A stretch of DNA of 64,000 nucleotides, from NCBI GenBank assembly GCA_027923505.1, contig BROI01000004.1:62001-126000 (forward strand), in the 5' to 3' direction. Positions 1 to 10,121 of the stretch are shown one piece after another. The stretch is from Mayamaea pseudoterrestris (Eukaryota). Under the pieces are notes generated by a model, which searched no databases, was not told the origin of the DNA, and saw only the letters and a list, made by a program, of their open reading frames with translations. Positions within the stretch are counted from its first letter, which is position 1, and the number at the start of each line of letters is the position of its first letter. Made by a program: the position numbers and the translations under genes.

Positions 1-1693
1 ACGGGATATGGCATGGAATAGTATGAATGTGTCGGCATTGGCAGAATTTCAGAATTGTACGACATGGATGCTGCGGATCCGTCTCGCTTGCGACTATCCG
101 CATGTGTGGCAGTCCCCATGTTTTTGCATCCCATGCAGCGACAAGCACCACTGCATTTAACGCCTCCGGCATAGCATTCGCAATACTGCGCATTATAGAA
201 ACATATTTGTCAGTCACTGAGCACTCAAGGTTTAGCATTTCACAAGGTCGCTAACGCACCTTTTTCATGCAACCGCTTTTACGACACTTGCAACCCGTCT
301 TGTGCGCAATGAGCTTTGGCGCCATTGTTGTAGCCGTCTGTAGAGGAAGACTCGCATCCGAAGCGGCACCCTGCTGTTCGTCGTGCACTGCTGTGTCATT
401 CGTGCTCGCCGTGTCAGTCGACTCTGCTGTTGCAATGACTGCGTCACTCTGCTGCTCCACCACCACCACTGTCTCCTGCTGAAACTTGGTGTCAAAGGCA
501 GTCGGGTTGCGCGCCAATATCAAGCGCATGGCGCTTCGCCGCGTATCTTCATGCTCCATGGTGTTTTGACAAGTGAGACATCGACAGTTGTTTCCGCAGT
601 ATTGTTTGGCGGCGAAACATTGACAGTATAATTTGAGACAGCGAGTTCGCTTGCAAGTGCAGCTTCCATGTTGAGTAGAACCTGTTAATTGTTTCGTATC
701 GGGAGGTAACTTGCCGCCAACCATTGCTTTCTTGTCCAATGGTTTTCGTTCGTGCTTGTCAAACGCCGCTGGTTTCCTGTAACGAGGCGGACGAGCACTG
801 TATCCGATTGGTGGCACGGAAAGGGAAGAGTCCTTTTGTTCATCCGTTTCTGCGAATTGTTGTTGCATGTGAAAATGATGCATGTTCCAAAGGTTCATGT
901 GCGGGGGCGGCGGCGGATAAGCGTGATATGGATATGGAGGAGGCGGAGGCGGAATATTATTGGCTGCCGGAGAATTCTCTTCCGTACCGGCGTCTTCAGT
1001 TTCGGATGGACTGCTCTTATTCACTTCGGAGCTTGCAAAATCGTTCGGGTCCGTTTGCTTCTGCGATTCCTTCTCATCGTCGCCTGCAGTCGTATCGTAA
1101 GAACTAGCCGGTATGTAAGACCGCAGATCACGGGGTTGTCTTTGGGCATCCGAAGCAGGTGAAAAGTATCGATGATACTTGTTGGAGGACGCCAATGCAG
1201 CTTGCGACGACAAGGGAGATGCTGTGCTTGCTGTTGCTGACGTTACATTGGTCATCATGGATGGATGATAGTAATGCTGATGAGGATGATGATAATTGTA
1301 GGGGCTCGTCTTCATCAATCCTGCCTTCATTGGCGATGATCCAGGCGTCTTTCCTCCTCGTCGACTAAAGCTGGAAGGCGTGCCGCCGTGAAACGGAGAC
1401 GAAATTCCGTGCAAGTAATGTGGCGGTGGAGAAGAGGTCGCCGATCCTAAAGGATGCTGCTGCTGCGATGGCGGCGGAGACATGATTCCAAAGGAGCTGC
1501 TGTCAAATGGCGGAGACATGAAGCCGGCGTAATATATCGGAGGAGGATGCACTGGTGGCGGTGCTGCTCCAGCTGCTGGCGACGCTGCAACGCTGCCATT
1601 CGTGGAAGCCTGTTGCTTATGTGGCGTTGTAGTTGGCGAGCTACTCGATGGCTTGCTCGAAGTATCATCAATTGAATCTTTCGCAGGATCCAT
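1..1693 (-). CDS. LIN54: CRC (tesmin/TSO1-like) domain protein, LIN54-like; 3' end runs off the window. Exons 1693-260 and 185-<1
   Basis: First CRC repeat CTCKRTRCLKLYCQCFAAKQYCGNNCRCLTCQN and RNPTAF linker. Second repeat GCKCRKSGCMKK|YCECYAGGVKCSGACRCMGCKN is restored by a GT..AG intron at 259-186. Confidence 0.9.
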
Positions 1694-2366
1694 GCTGATC
1701 TATTGTGAGAGTCTCTAAAGGCAAAAGGAATGGAACAGAATCTATTAGAGAAGACTCTTTCGCGGCGAACGATGTGTTTGTGTGTTGGGCGTCTCTTCGA
1801 ACGGAGCGGTCTTGTGGCCCATGCATCTGGTCTCCGGGTGTGCCTTGCTGGATCGACGTGAATCCAGTACCAAGATCTACGTAAGTCGGACTGGTACCAG
1901 TTCAAATTTGAATCGCAGAAGTTTTGGGCACACGTAACCGTTGAAGCCAGCTGGCGTGCTCGGGTTGTTGAACTATTTAGCTTAGCTTTAGGAAGAGTAC
2001 ACTGTCACGCCAGACACGAATCCAATGCGTGTGTTTCTCGCCAATGCAGCTACACTTTCTATCATGCAATGAGACTACATTGCTCCGCATTTGGAGGTAT
2101 CTAGCAAATGCTTTAAGCTGGGCTGTTTAGATTCTAAACTTTGCAACGTGACAATGCACGCTAGAAAGCGAGATCCTCCAAGGTTGCAGCTTCCCAAGAA
2201 AAAATGACGCGCGTCAAACATGAAAAGAGTCACGGAACGACGATTCAAACGCGCCTGCCGGATAGCCCAACGTTTAAATCTCTGAACTCGTAACCGTAAT
2301 GGACTGCGCAACGCATCGCAACGACAAAATGACACTCGCAAACGATTCGACGACACCTTGGCGACC
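1694..2366. promoter_or_regulatory. Bidirectional promoter of the CRC gene and ROD-like gene with CHR-like and E2F-like motifs
   Basis: TTTCGCGG at 1758-1765; palindromic TTCAAATTTGAA at 1901-1912; TTCAAA at 2244-2249 followed by CGCGCC; TTTAAA at 2273-2278. The motifs are short and their function is inferred. Confidence 0.45.
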
Positions 2367-5300
2367 ATGGCCTCGTCGTCCTTGAACGATGCTGCAGCAT
2401 CGCGAGTCACAGAGTTTTTCGTAGAAACTCCGGCGTCAGTTGCAAGTAATGAAGCTACCAATGACTCGCTCGTTTGGTCATTTGCCGACGGTGCAACAAC
2501 ATCCAGTTCCATTCATCAGCAGCAGCAAAGTCGGTCAGCATCCTCCAAAACAATCTGCACACACGCCTTTGCGGTCGGTTCGCACATATTGCACTATACG
2601 CAAGCTTGGAAAACTTCTCTTGAAGATGAAGTCTTGGTCGTGACGAGTAATGCGGATGGGTCGGTGATTGTTGGAGCAACCGCTTCTGGTAGCATTTATT
2701 TGCTGCGCGGTCGAGATGGAGTCGTTTTGGCAAAGCACAAGATTCATGAAAGCATTCATGGTTATCCAATATGGTCGCATGACATGGGAGGCCCTCCTGC
2801 GATTTCATGGATCACTAAAAGTCTTGACGGTCAGGATGCCTTTTGGCTGGAAGGAGCGGCCGATGCCTCCTGCATGGAAGAAGCCAGCGATCGACAGCTC
2901 TACATTTATGTCGGAGGTATATACGGACAGCGCTTGAATTCCATTGATCCGGAAGAGACTGCAAAAGCGACGCGCGAATTGACGCTTTCGACGATTTCGT
3001 TGCCGTCGGCGACCTGGAGGGCGGCTGTTGGTTACTTTTCCGAGCACTCCGTGGCGACGGCACCGAGTGGCGCACAATTGTCACAGCCTCGCGTGATTCG
3101 CATTGTGGCTTGCCAAAATGACGGATACTTGGCCGTATATGACTATGATATGGTTCAGTTGACGACAACTCTGGTGAAAGGCGGCATTGCTCTGCAGCAG
3201 TCAAAGGAAGAGGCTGCCGTCACAGAAGAAGACTGGTGCATTGACTATGAACTCGGCCTACGGATGCAAGAAATTCGCGGCAAGCGCTACGTACTAGTCG
3301 CGGGCCTGACGAGCAGTCAATCGAGTCTGTTCTGGTTTGATCCGGTGGCTTTGGAATCGGCATGCGAGTACATGGTAGAAGTGGTAAAGAATTCGAACCC
3401 GACAGCCGAAAGCTTCAATCGTGAACCCCCAAATGAACCCGCAAGTACGGTACGCCCAAAAGTCTTGGCCTTGGAGCCTTTGGAATCTTTGAGTGAATCA
3501 CTAGCAGTCGCCATGGCAGTAATGAGTCCGTCAAATGGACAGGTCAACATTCAAGTCATTCGGGTTTTGACGGAAGAAACATTTGGTCTGACGCTTCTCT
3601 CCAAGCCGCACGCCTTGTACGAGATACCACTTTGCAACCCAATCGTTAGTGTAGAATTGGCCTCGGCTGATTCCGAATCTGTAGCCTACAACTTTTGCTT
3701 CAAAGTATGGCTGGATGCTTCGGCGTGCAAATATTTCACTTTCACGTCTGGATCAGGCGAAGAAACTCTCGGAGACCTTCGATCACTGCTGGAGATGGAG
3801 CGCTTTGACGAGCTCGACGTGAAAATGAACGCAGCAGATATCAACTCCATCGTGCTTGACCCTTCGGCAGTGTTTTCATTGCATGAAGTCGCATTCAAGC
3901 GCTTCCAGAGCATCTTGTCGCGAGGATGCGCACGAACTGCCGAGTCTCTCAACTCTGCTCAGCTTTGCTTGCGCCAATTGGCTGATGGTGCTGCGACCGG
4001 TCAGCTTGATGCTTTAGATTACTTACTAAAAGCTTCTGACCATTGCACCCACTCGCTGCCCGATTTGAACCTGGCGGAAACGAGATTTATTTTGCGTTCA
4101 GCGACAGCTGCCTTGGAGCAAGTATCGAATGGCCAGGTCGATGAGCCGTGCACAAAGTTTATCGACGCCAAGCACCATGAGCTGAACAATCGAGCACTTG
4201 TCCATCAGTTTTTGGAGTCGGTAGTTGAATGTGAAGGAGGTGAAAACCTGAAGATGACGAGCTACGTAAAGTCTATTCGATCCCCGCGGCACCTCTTCTC
4301 CGTTCTGATTGAACAGCATCTATTTTCCATTGCCGAGCAGATGTGGCGGTCGCAACTTTGCAATTATTTGACGCCGGAAGTCCTTGTTGGCTCAATTCTT
4401 AAGATTGCAGCAAATGTTTCTCCTAAACGTTATGTTTACATCGTCAAGGATGCAGTGTTTGCCAGTCTTTCAATCGGACATGAACTGCTGGGACCGGTGC
4501 TTTCGTGGGTGTGCCGCACTGCGGATGGTTTGGACGATTGCGACAGTGACCACGGACTTGCAGATGCAATTTATTTGTTGGAAGCGGCTTGTGGATGTTT
4601 AAACCGCCTGCAAATCCAGGTGCATGAGTCATTCGCCATCTCTTCGCCTTTCCTCGAGCCAGACAAGAGCCATTTTTCTAAACGCGCTCCGCTGATCAGC
4701 AATAACAGGTCTACTTGGCATTCAAGCCGAGATGCAAGTACGATTTTGGAGGAATCCATGACTGCCTCCACAAAATCAGCCACAAAGTACCGATCCACAG
4801 GCGGTGGAATGCACCCTAATCCAACGTTGCTTCAGCTTGGTGTGCTAGGTCGGGGAGCGATCAAGACGCGAATTAACAAGCTTGTTCCCGCGGACCCCCG
4901 ATATGACAACGATATATGTGTGGAAAATAAATTGAGGGAGGCCCGATGCCTGCATCGAGCTCGACTAGCCGGTCTCGATAAAAAGACTTCTTCCTTGAGA
5001 TCTCTGGCAGCAAATGGTGGGCCACAGTTTGTGGCTTTACAGCTTGTGTCACTGCTTTCAACCGCGGCAAATGGTCATGCCAATCGCTTTGAGTACATGT
5101 CGACATATCTCAGACCATTTTGCGACGAGTTCAACATCGATTATGATTCCGCACTGCAAAAATATATCACTGGCCGTTGCGGCGGGACGAACGCTTCCAA
5201 AAATGCAATAAGTGAATCAGCTTCACTTGTTCGATGTTGCCAACTAGTCGAAACGAAAGCAAAAACAACCTTGATTGTGTTGCAATCAGCTCTACAATGT

Positions 5301-8300
5301 GGCTACTTTCCAGACTGGCTCTCTGCGTTGGCAGATGATGGCAAAGCTTGGGCCGCCTTTGATTCAGAACTGCAGTCAAAAGTACAGGAGGCGTGGCGCT
5401 TGTTGTCAATAATGTCACTCGTTGTCAAATATTGCGGAGACGGCGCACGAGAGGTCTTTCGAATTGACAACCCTCGGCATGCACGTCGCCTTGTGGATTT
5501 TATGACGCAGCACGTGCATCAGCAGTCTGTCCTGGAGGATGTTTTCACGTTGTGCAATGCCTTTGTTCACCTGAATATACGTGAGTCGTGCTGTGCCCTT
5601 GCTCAGCATGCCGTCCTACGAGGTGACGAAGCATTTTGCTGTGATTTAATGGCGGAGCTCTGTGCTCGTGATTTACAACTAGGAGAAAGCGTTGTCGCAG
5701 GCTCAATCTCCTTTCTTGAGGAGCTACTTGCTGGTACGAAGTGCCTCACGAGGAAACATACGGGAACCCCTATAAGCAATGATACTGTCCACTTGGAACG
5801 ATCAAGATTAGTCAAAGCAAGTCATTGCACCTGCTCCATTGTTGCTGTCATGATGAAATTTACAAGAACTTTTTCGGCTGATGCGGCGTCTGAACTTCAC
5901 AGCCTGTTATATGAGAATGGTGGATCTCTTGAGTGTTTGCGAAATGATCTGCTACGAATTTGTCGTCTTCAGACTGAATTTGCAATCTTCTTGTCGCTAA
6001 CTAACTTGCAAAACCCAGCTTCTGTCGTCCATATTATATCTGACCTGTTGAAACCGGTCATTGCAGCACATTCTGGATCGAAGCTCGACTTGATTATCAA
6101 CAGAATTGCGATGGCAAAACGCGCATCTTATCTACTGGTCAAAGGACCCAAGCAAACTGTTGAAGACGTTTGGTTGTCTGTGTGTGCAGAGGCGGCTGTA
6201 GGAATGGTTAACGATCATTATGATGGTGAAGTACTTGAATTTTTACGGAACGTCGGCCTTTTAGAACAAGTGCCGAACCGTTCGTTAGCGCGCGCCCACC
6301 TTGCTGTTGCAAATGCACTCTGCGATGAGGCGAGGATGAGTTACAATGAAGACTGGCATGAAGGTTTGCCACGGTTATTTAAGGCAGCTATTCTTGTACG
6401 TAATTACTCGATTGCTTCGTCGTTCAACCAAGATTTGGGGGCTGCAGTTTCTCTTGGGTCTGTTGTTGACATTGCTTGTCAGATGTGTACTCGGGGCGAT
6501 GAAGGCGTTGGTGAGCAACTTGAGCGAATGAAAGAGAAAATGGAATTGACAGTTTGGAACAAACGGCTACCACCGTCTATGCAGTCGCTCGACGATAAAT
6601 TTTCTGATCAAGCATCTCCAAAAAGCCGGCAGAGCTTACACAAAGAGTGGTATATCGGTGACGGACTTCTGCTCCCTCCGATGGCCTTACTCGAGCAAAG
6701 CTTCCGACTGTGCCGAACTCAACTTAGCGGCGATATTTCGGTGCTTGGAGAAGCTGTTGAGTTCCTGCGACTTAGCGGCGCTCACTCTTTAGTGCTTCGG
6801 CTTCTATACTCATCTGCGTCACATTTAACTGGTTCTGTCTCGTTGGAAGGCACTCCTGACACCGAGCAAGACAACATGGCTCATGATATAACGGAAACGT
6901 TAATGTCTCTTGCCGAACGTAGCTTGGGGGGATCATGTCACACAGGAAAGACCAGCAGCATCGTGGACTCGCAGCTCGCCAGCGCTTGCCTTTTATCGTT
7001 GCCGCCCAAAGACGCAGTAGATATATACAAGGCCTCGCTTCCCACTGCACTAAAAACGAAGGATTTTGAGCGCACCCATGCTCTCGCTAACGTCGGCACA
7101 ACTCTATGCTGCATAGAAAATGATTCAGAATACCCTCTTGGTGGAATCTTCTCTATTGGCTGGAAAGGACGCGAACGATTCTACGTCCCATGCCAACAAC
7201 TAGCGCGGCGCTCATTGTGGTGGTCGGTACTTGATGACTTTAGGGTTGATTTCGATACTCAATTTTTCGAGTCGTCCCGCGACAAGATCAACAAGCAATA
7301 TGTCACGTCGCTGTTTGGACAGTTAATCCAGGGGATGTACGGGAGATATAGCGTTTCGGTTGTGTTGAAAGGGTGTTTTGCTTTTGCGTCGGCTTTCGGA
7401 GTGAATCATGACGAAATTTTACGCGAACATGTCCGTTTCCTCCTCGTAGTAGACGAGCAAGTTTTGAATCGCATGGATTCTCGGTGCATCATCAGTGCAT
7501 GTGAGAAGCAGGCTAAGCGATCGCTTCGTTTGCTGCAACCGCCTTCAATCCGGTGCGAAATACTGAGGGAATGCGTTTGCCAGCTCGAAAGCTTATCTTC
7601 CGGCGGCCAACAGTATAGCCGAATTGATCTAGCGCTTTGTCTCTATCAAAGTGCTCTGGAGTTTGTTCTGGACAGCGATCCCACTTTAAAATCTGACGAT
7701 GTTGCCGCGTATGAGCGCGATTACGAAAAGGTTTGCCGTCGCCGAGATGCATTGTCTATTCTCTCATCAGTTTTTTGCGGTGAACGTGCGAAGGAACGAC
7801 CATCATATCCCCTTTTCTTCCTCCCATTCGAATCATCAGGCGAGCCACTTAGTCATACATCTTTTTGTGGCATTCTTGGTTTGCAAGACACTCGAGGTGA
7901 TGGAAACTTTGATCCGCTTAAGCCACTTAGTACCGTTCTCGGGCGTGTGACCGACACAGCTCTTCTCTCGTCACTTGGCCCTCTTTGTCTGTCTCTTGGG
8001 TTGCCGACGGGCTACATCCATGCCCGTGCCTTGGTGCAGAAATTTGAGAGCGCTAAACTTGAAGCTTCGAAATGCCCTGCCTTTGAGAGCGACGTTGTAG
8101 GGACATTGGCGCGAATTCGTTCCCACAAAGATCAGGTTGAATTGCTGGAATGGTGCGCTCAGCAATATGGTGACTCAGCCGAAGATCGACTCAAGTCTCT
8201 CGACGCGGCGTACACGGCAGCTATTGAAGCTTCGGGCGAGATTGAAAAGCGACGCCAATTGTCAGCCACTGACAATAGTCTTGACTTGGCATTAAATAAT

Positions 8301-10121
8301 GCTCTCGCTACACTGAAGCGAATTGATCTGATGAAGTCTTCATTATCCGATCGACTCAGGGCCGTTTCTTTACTTCAAGCATCAGTTTCTGGCACTCAAG
8401 ATGTCATTAGTTGCATCACAGACGAGTTAATTAAACGGCTTGGACAACAAGTCAAGGAGGATCTGCTGATGTCGGCAGATACTCTTGTAACCTTCCTCCT
8501 TACGACTTCCTCCAAGCTCGCCGCTGATGCATGCTTATGTGACGACAAACCGCTTTCAATGGATCAATTTCGTCAATTTCGAGCGACAATTACCGAAACA
8601 TGCCGGTCGATTGCTGATCAGTATTCACATATTGATCTACTCGGTGTTTGCAAACGACTTGCTTGGAGGTGGTTATTCTACGGAAATTCTCCGCAAGACG
8701 TTTTTGCTGATGTTGCCGATGAAACTTGTAACCACCATAATGCAGCGAAAGCAGTGGCATGTGCATTAAGCGAAGAGACTGTCGATTTCGTAATGGACCT
8801 CTCTGTCTTACTCACGAGTGGCGATACAAAGTCGGCCATTCCTCATTCACGAGGTGACAAGCTGACAGCTACGCGCTACACCTCGGACGAAGAACAATCT
8901 GCGGTAAAGCCAAGTTCTGCTCGAGAACAATCAGAATTTGCTTGTCGAAGGGAGTCGCTTCGTATTGCCTTTATCCTTTCGTTCGAGGATGTAACTGCGA
9001 CTTCTCCAGCTGCAATTGATGACATTGAGAATAAAGTCCCAGTTGGTAGCAATATTGTCCTCCCGATCCGGAGCAGACGACCAAAATTGCTATCCAATCT
9101 AGAAACAAAACGGGAAAACCCTCGCGAGGTTATGATTTCCAAGATTTGCAGCTGGCTTTTAACTATCGTTTTCGCAAAGCCTGGACAAACTTCTGCACAA
9201 CTCTATGGCGATATCTCTTTCGCAGAAAGCAATGTTTCTTATATGCAAGAGTGTGCTGGGCCTGGAACTGTTACCTTTGCCATGCGTCACCGTGCACTTC
9301 GCACTGCCGCTGTGCTGTGCCCACAAGAGGCCTTGGAGCGAGTTATCTACGAGGAAGGATTTCTTCGAACGTCATCGAAATCAAGTGATATTTCTTTGCG
9401 AAAATGCGCCTTTGCCTCATTCGTCGCTAAAGAAATTGAAGACATGGGGCTCCCTTTGCCGCACTCTGATTTTGACCGTCTCGGTTCCATGCAGTTTCCT
9501 TCCTACGCTCGAACGCTTTGGCGCCACCATCGCGACGACGACAAGACTGGACAAAGGGGCAGGCTTTTGCTTCTTCTAATTGAAATGAGTCTCAAGGGAG
9601 AATCTAGCGACGCCAACTTTGTAAATACGTTACTCGACGAAATGATCTCGCGCCATCTTCCTCGATCGTTGCTGTTAGCAATCGAGCGCATTGTGTTGTA
9701 TTATAGCCGGCACAGTTCGCAGGACGATACACTACGGGGTCGAACATTAAGTGTCAGCATCGAGATGACTGCAAAGGCTATTTTTACCGAGACTCATCGC
9801 ATCATTGATTCACACCTTGCGGATGACAAGCGAAACATTCGACTCGCTATTAGCTCAATCAGCCGACTTGCCGATGTACTTTTTGCTCTGAGTACTTTTG
9901 ATGAAGGTCAAGTGCACCTTCAGCAGCTGGTGGATGCTCTCCGGAGCTTGTCCACCGCATCTTTAGATGAATCTTCGACCAAGTCTATCCACGGTATCTT
10001 GTCGAGTGCCATGCGACGACTCGCTCAAACATGGAGATCGATTGAGCATGACGATGAAGACGACAATGAGACTGTTGTCGGCGCACTGTCGCGTCTCGAG
10101 GCATCGCTGTTACGTTGCTAA
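2367..10121 (+). CDS. KNTC1: Kinetochore-associated protein ROD/KNTC1-like (RZZ complex), ~2580 aa, intronless
   Basis: N-terminal beta-propeller-like region followed by a long helical solenoid. C-terminal VTFAMRHRALR...FVAKEIEDMGLPL...ARTLWRHH resembles the Rod_C region as I recall it from animal KNTC1 (ITYAHRTRALQ...FETLNIP...KGLWKNH). First ATG at 2367; the ORF track starts at a TTG. Confidence 0.7.
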   Translation: MASSSLNDAAASRVTEFFVETPASVASNEATNDSLVWSFADGATTSSSIHQQQQSRSASSKTICTHAFAVGSHILHYTQAWKTSLEDEVLVVTSNADGSVIVGATASGSIYLLRGRDGVVLAKHKIHESIHGYPIWSHDMGGPPAISWITKSLDGQDAFWLEGAADASCMEEASDRQLYIYVGGIYGQRLNSIDPEETAKATRELTLSTISLPSATWRAAVGYFSEHSVATAPSGAQLSQPRVIRIVACQNDGYLAVYDYDMVQLTTTLVKGGIALQQSKEEAAVTEEDWCIDYELGLRMQEIRGKRYVLVAGLTSSQSSLFWFDPVALESACEYMVEVVKNSNPTAESFNREPPNEPASTVRPKVLALEPLESLSESLAVAMAVMSPSNGQVNIQVIRVLTEETFGLTLLSKPHALYEIPLCNPIVSVELASADSESVAYNFCFKVWLDASACKYFTFTSGSGEETLGDLRSLLEMERFDELDVKMNAADINSIVLDPSAVFSLHEVAFKRFQSILSRGCARTAESLNSAQLCLRQLADGAATGQLDALDYLLKASDHCTHSLPDLNLAETRFILRSATAALEQVSNGQVDEPCTKFIDAKHHELNNRALVHQFLESVVECEGGENLKMTSYVKSIRSPRHLFSVLIEQHLFSIAEQMWRSQLCNYLTPEVLVGSILKIAANVSPKRYVYIVKDAVFASLSIGHELLGPVLSWVCRTADGLDDCDSDHGLADAIYLLEAACGCLNRLQIQVHESFAISSPFLEPDKSHFSKRAPLISNNRSTWHSSRDASTILEESMTASTKSATKYRSTGGGMHPNPTLLQLGVLGRGAIKTRINKLVPADPRYDNDICVENKLREARCLHRARLAGLDKKTSSLRSLAANGGPQFVALQLVSLLSTAANGHANRFEYMSTYLRPFCDEFNIDYDSALQKYITGRCGGTNASKNAISESASLVRCCQLVETKAKTTLIVLQSALQCGYFPDWLSALADDGKAWAAFDSELQSKVQEAWRLLSIMSLVVKYCGDGAREVFRIDNPRHARRLVDFMTQHVHQQSVLEDVFTLCNAFVHLNIRESCCALAQHAVLRGDEAFCCDLMAELCARDLQLGESVVAGSISFLEELLAGTKCLTRKHTGTPISNDTVHLERSRLVKASHCTCSIVAVMMKFTRTFSADAASELHSLLYENGGSLECLRNDLLRICRLQTEFAIFLSLTNLQNPASVVHIISDLLKPVIAAHSGSKLDLIINRIAMAKRASYLLVKGPKQTVEDVWLSVCAEAAVGMVNDHYDGEVLEFLRNVGLLEQVPNRSLARAHLAVANALCDEARMSYNEDWHEGLPRLFKAAILVRNYSIASSFNQDLGAAVSLGSVVDIACQMCTRGDEGVGEQLERMKEKMELTVWNKRLPPSMQSLDDKFSDQASPKSRQSLHKEWYIGDGLLLPPMALLEQSFRLCRTQLSGDISVLGEAVEFLRLSGAHSLVLRLLYSSASHLTGSVSLEGTPDTEQDNMAHDITETLMSLAERSLGGSCHTGKTSSIVDSQLASACLLSLPPKDAVDIYKASLPTALKTKDFERTHALANVGTTLCCIENDSEYPLGGIFSIGWKGRERFYVPCQQLARRSLWWSVLDDFRVDFDTQFFESSRDKINKQYVTSLFGQLIQGMYGRYSVSVVLKGCFAFASAFGVNHDEILREHVRFLLVVDEQVLNRMDSRCIISACEKQAKRSLRLLQPPSIRCEILRECVCQLESLSSGGQQYSRIDLALCLYQSALEFVLDSDPTLKSDDVAAYERDYEKVCRRRDALSILSSVFCGERAKERPSYPLFFLPFESSGEPLSHTSFCGILGLQDTRGDGNFDPLKPLSTVLGRVTDTALLSSLGPLCLSLGLPTGYIHARALVQKFESAKLEASKCPAFESDVVGTLARIRSHKDQVELLEWCAQQYGDSAEDRLKSLDAAYTAAIEASGEIEKRRQLSATDNSLDLALNNALATLKRIDLMKSSLSDRLRAVSLLQASVSGTQDVISCITDELIKRLGQQVKEDLLMSADTLVTFLLTTSSKLAADACLCDDKPLSMDQFRQFRATITETCRSIADQYSHIDLLGVCKRLAWRWLFYGNSPQDVFADVADETCNHHNAAKAVACALSEETVDFVMDLSVLLTSGDTKSAIPHSRGDKLTATRYTSDEEQSAVKPSSAREQSEFACRRESLRIAFILSFEDVTATSPAAIDDIENKVPVGSNIVLPIRSRRPKLLSNLETKRENPREVMISKICSWLLTIVFAKPGQTSAQLYGDISFAESNVSYMQECAGPGTVTFAMRHRALRTAAVLCPQEALERVIYEEGFLRTSSKSSDISLRKCAFASFVAKEIEDMGLPLPHSDFDRLGSMQFPSYARTLWRHHRDDDKTGQRGRLLLLLIEMSLKGESSDANFVNTLLDEMISRHLPRSLLLAIERIVLYYSRHSSQDDTLRGRTLSVSIEMTAKAIFTETHRIIDSHLADDKRNIRLAISSISRLADVLFALSTFDEGQVHLQQLVDALRSLSTASLDESSTKSIHGILSSAMRRLAQTWRSIEHDDEDDNETVVGALSRLEASLLRC

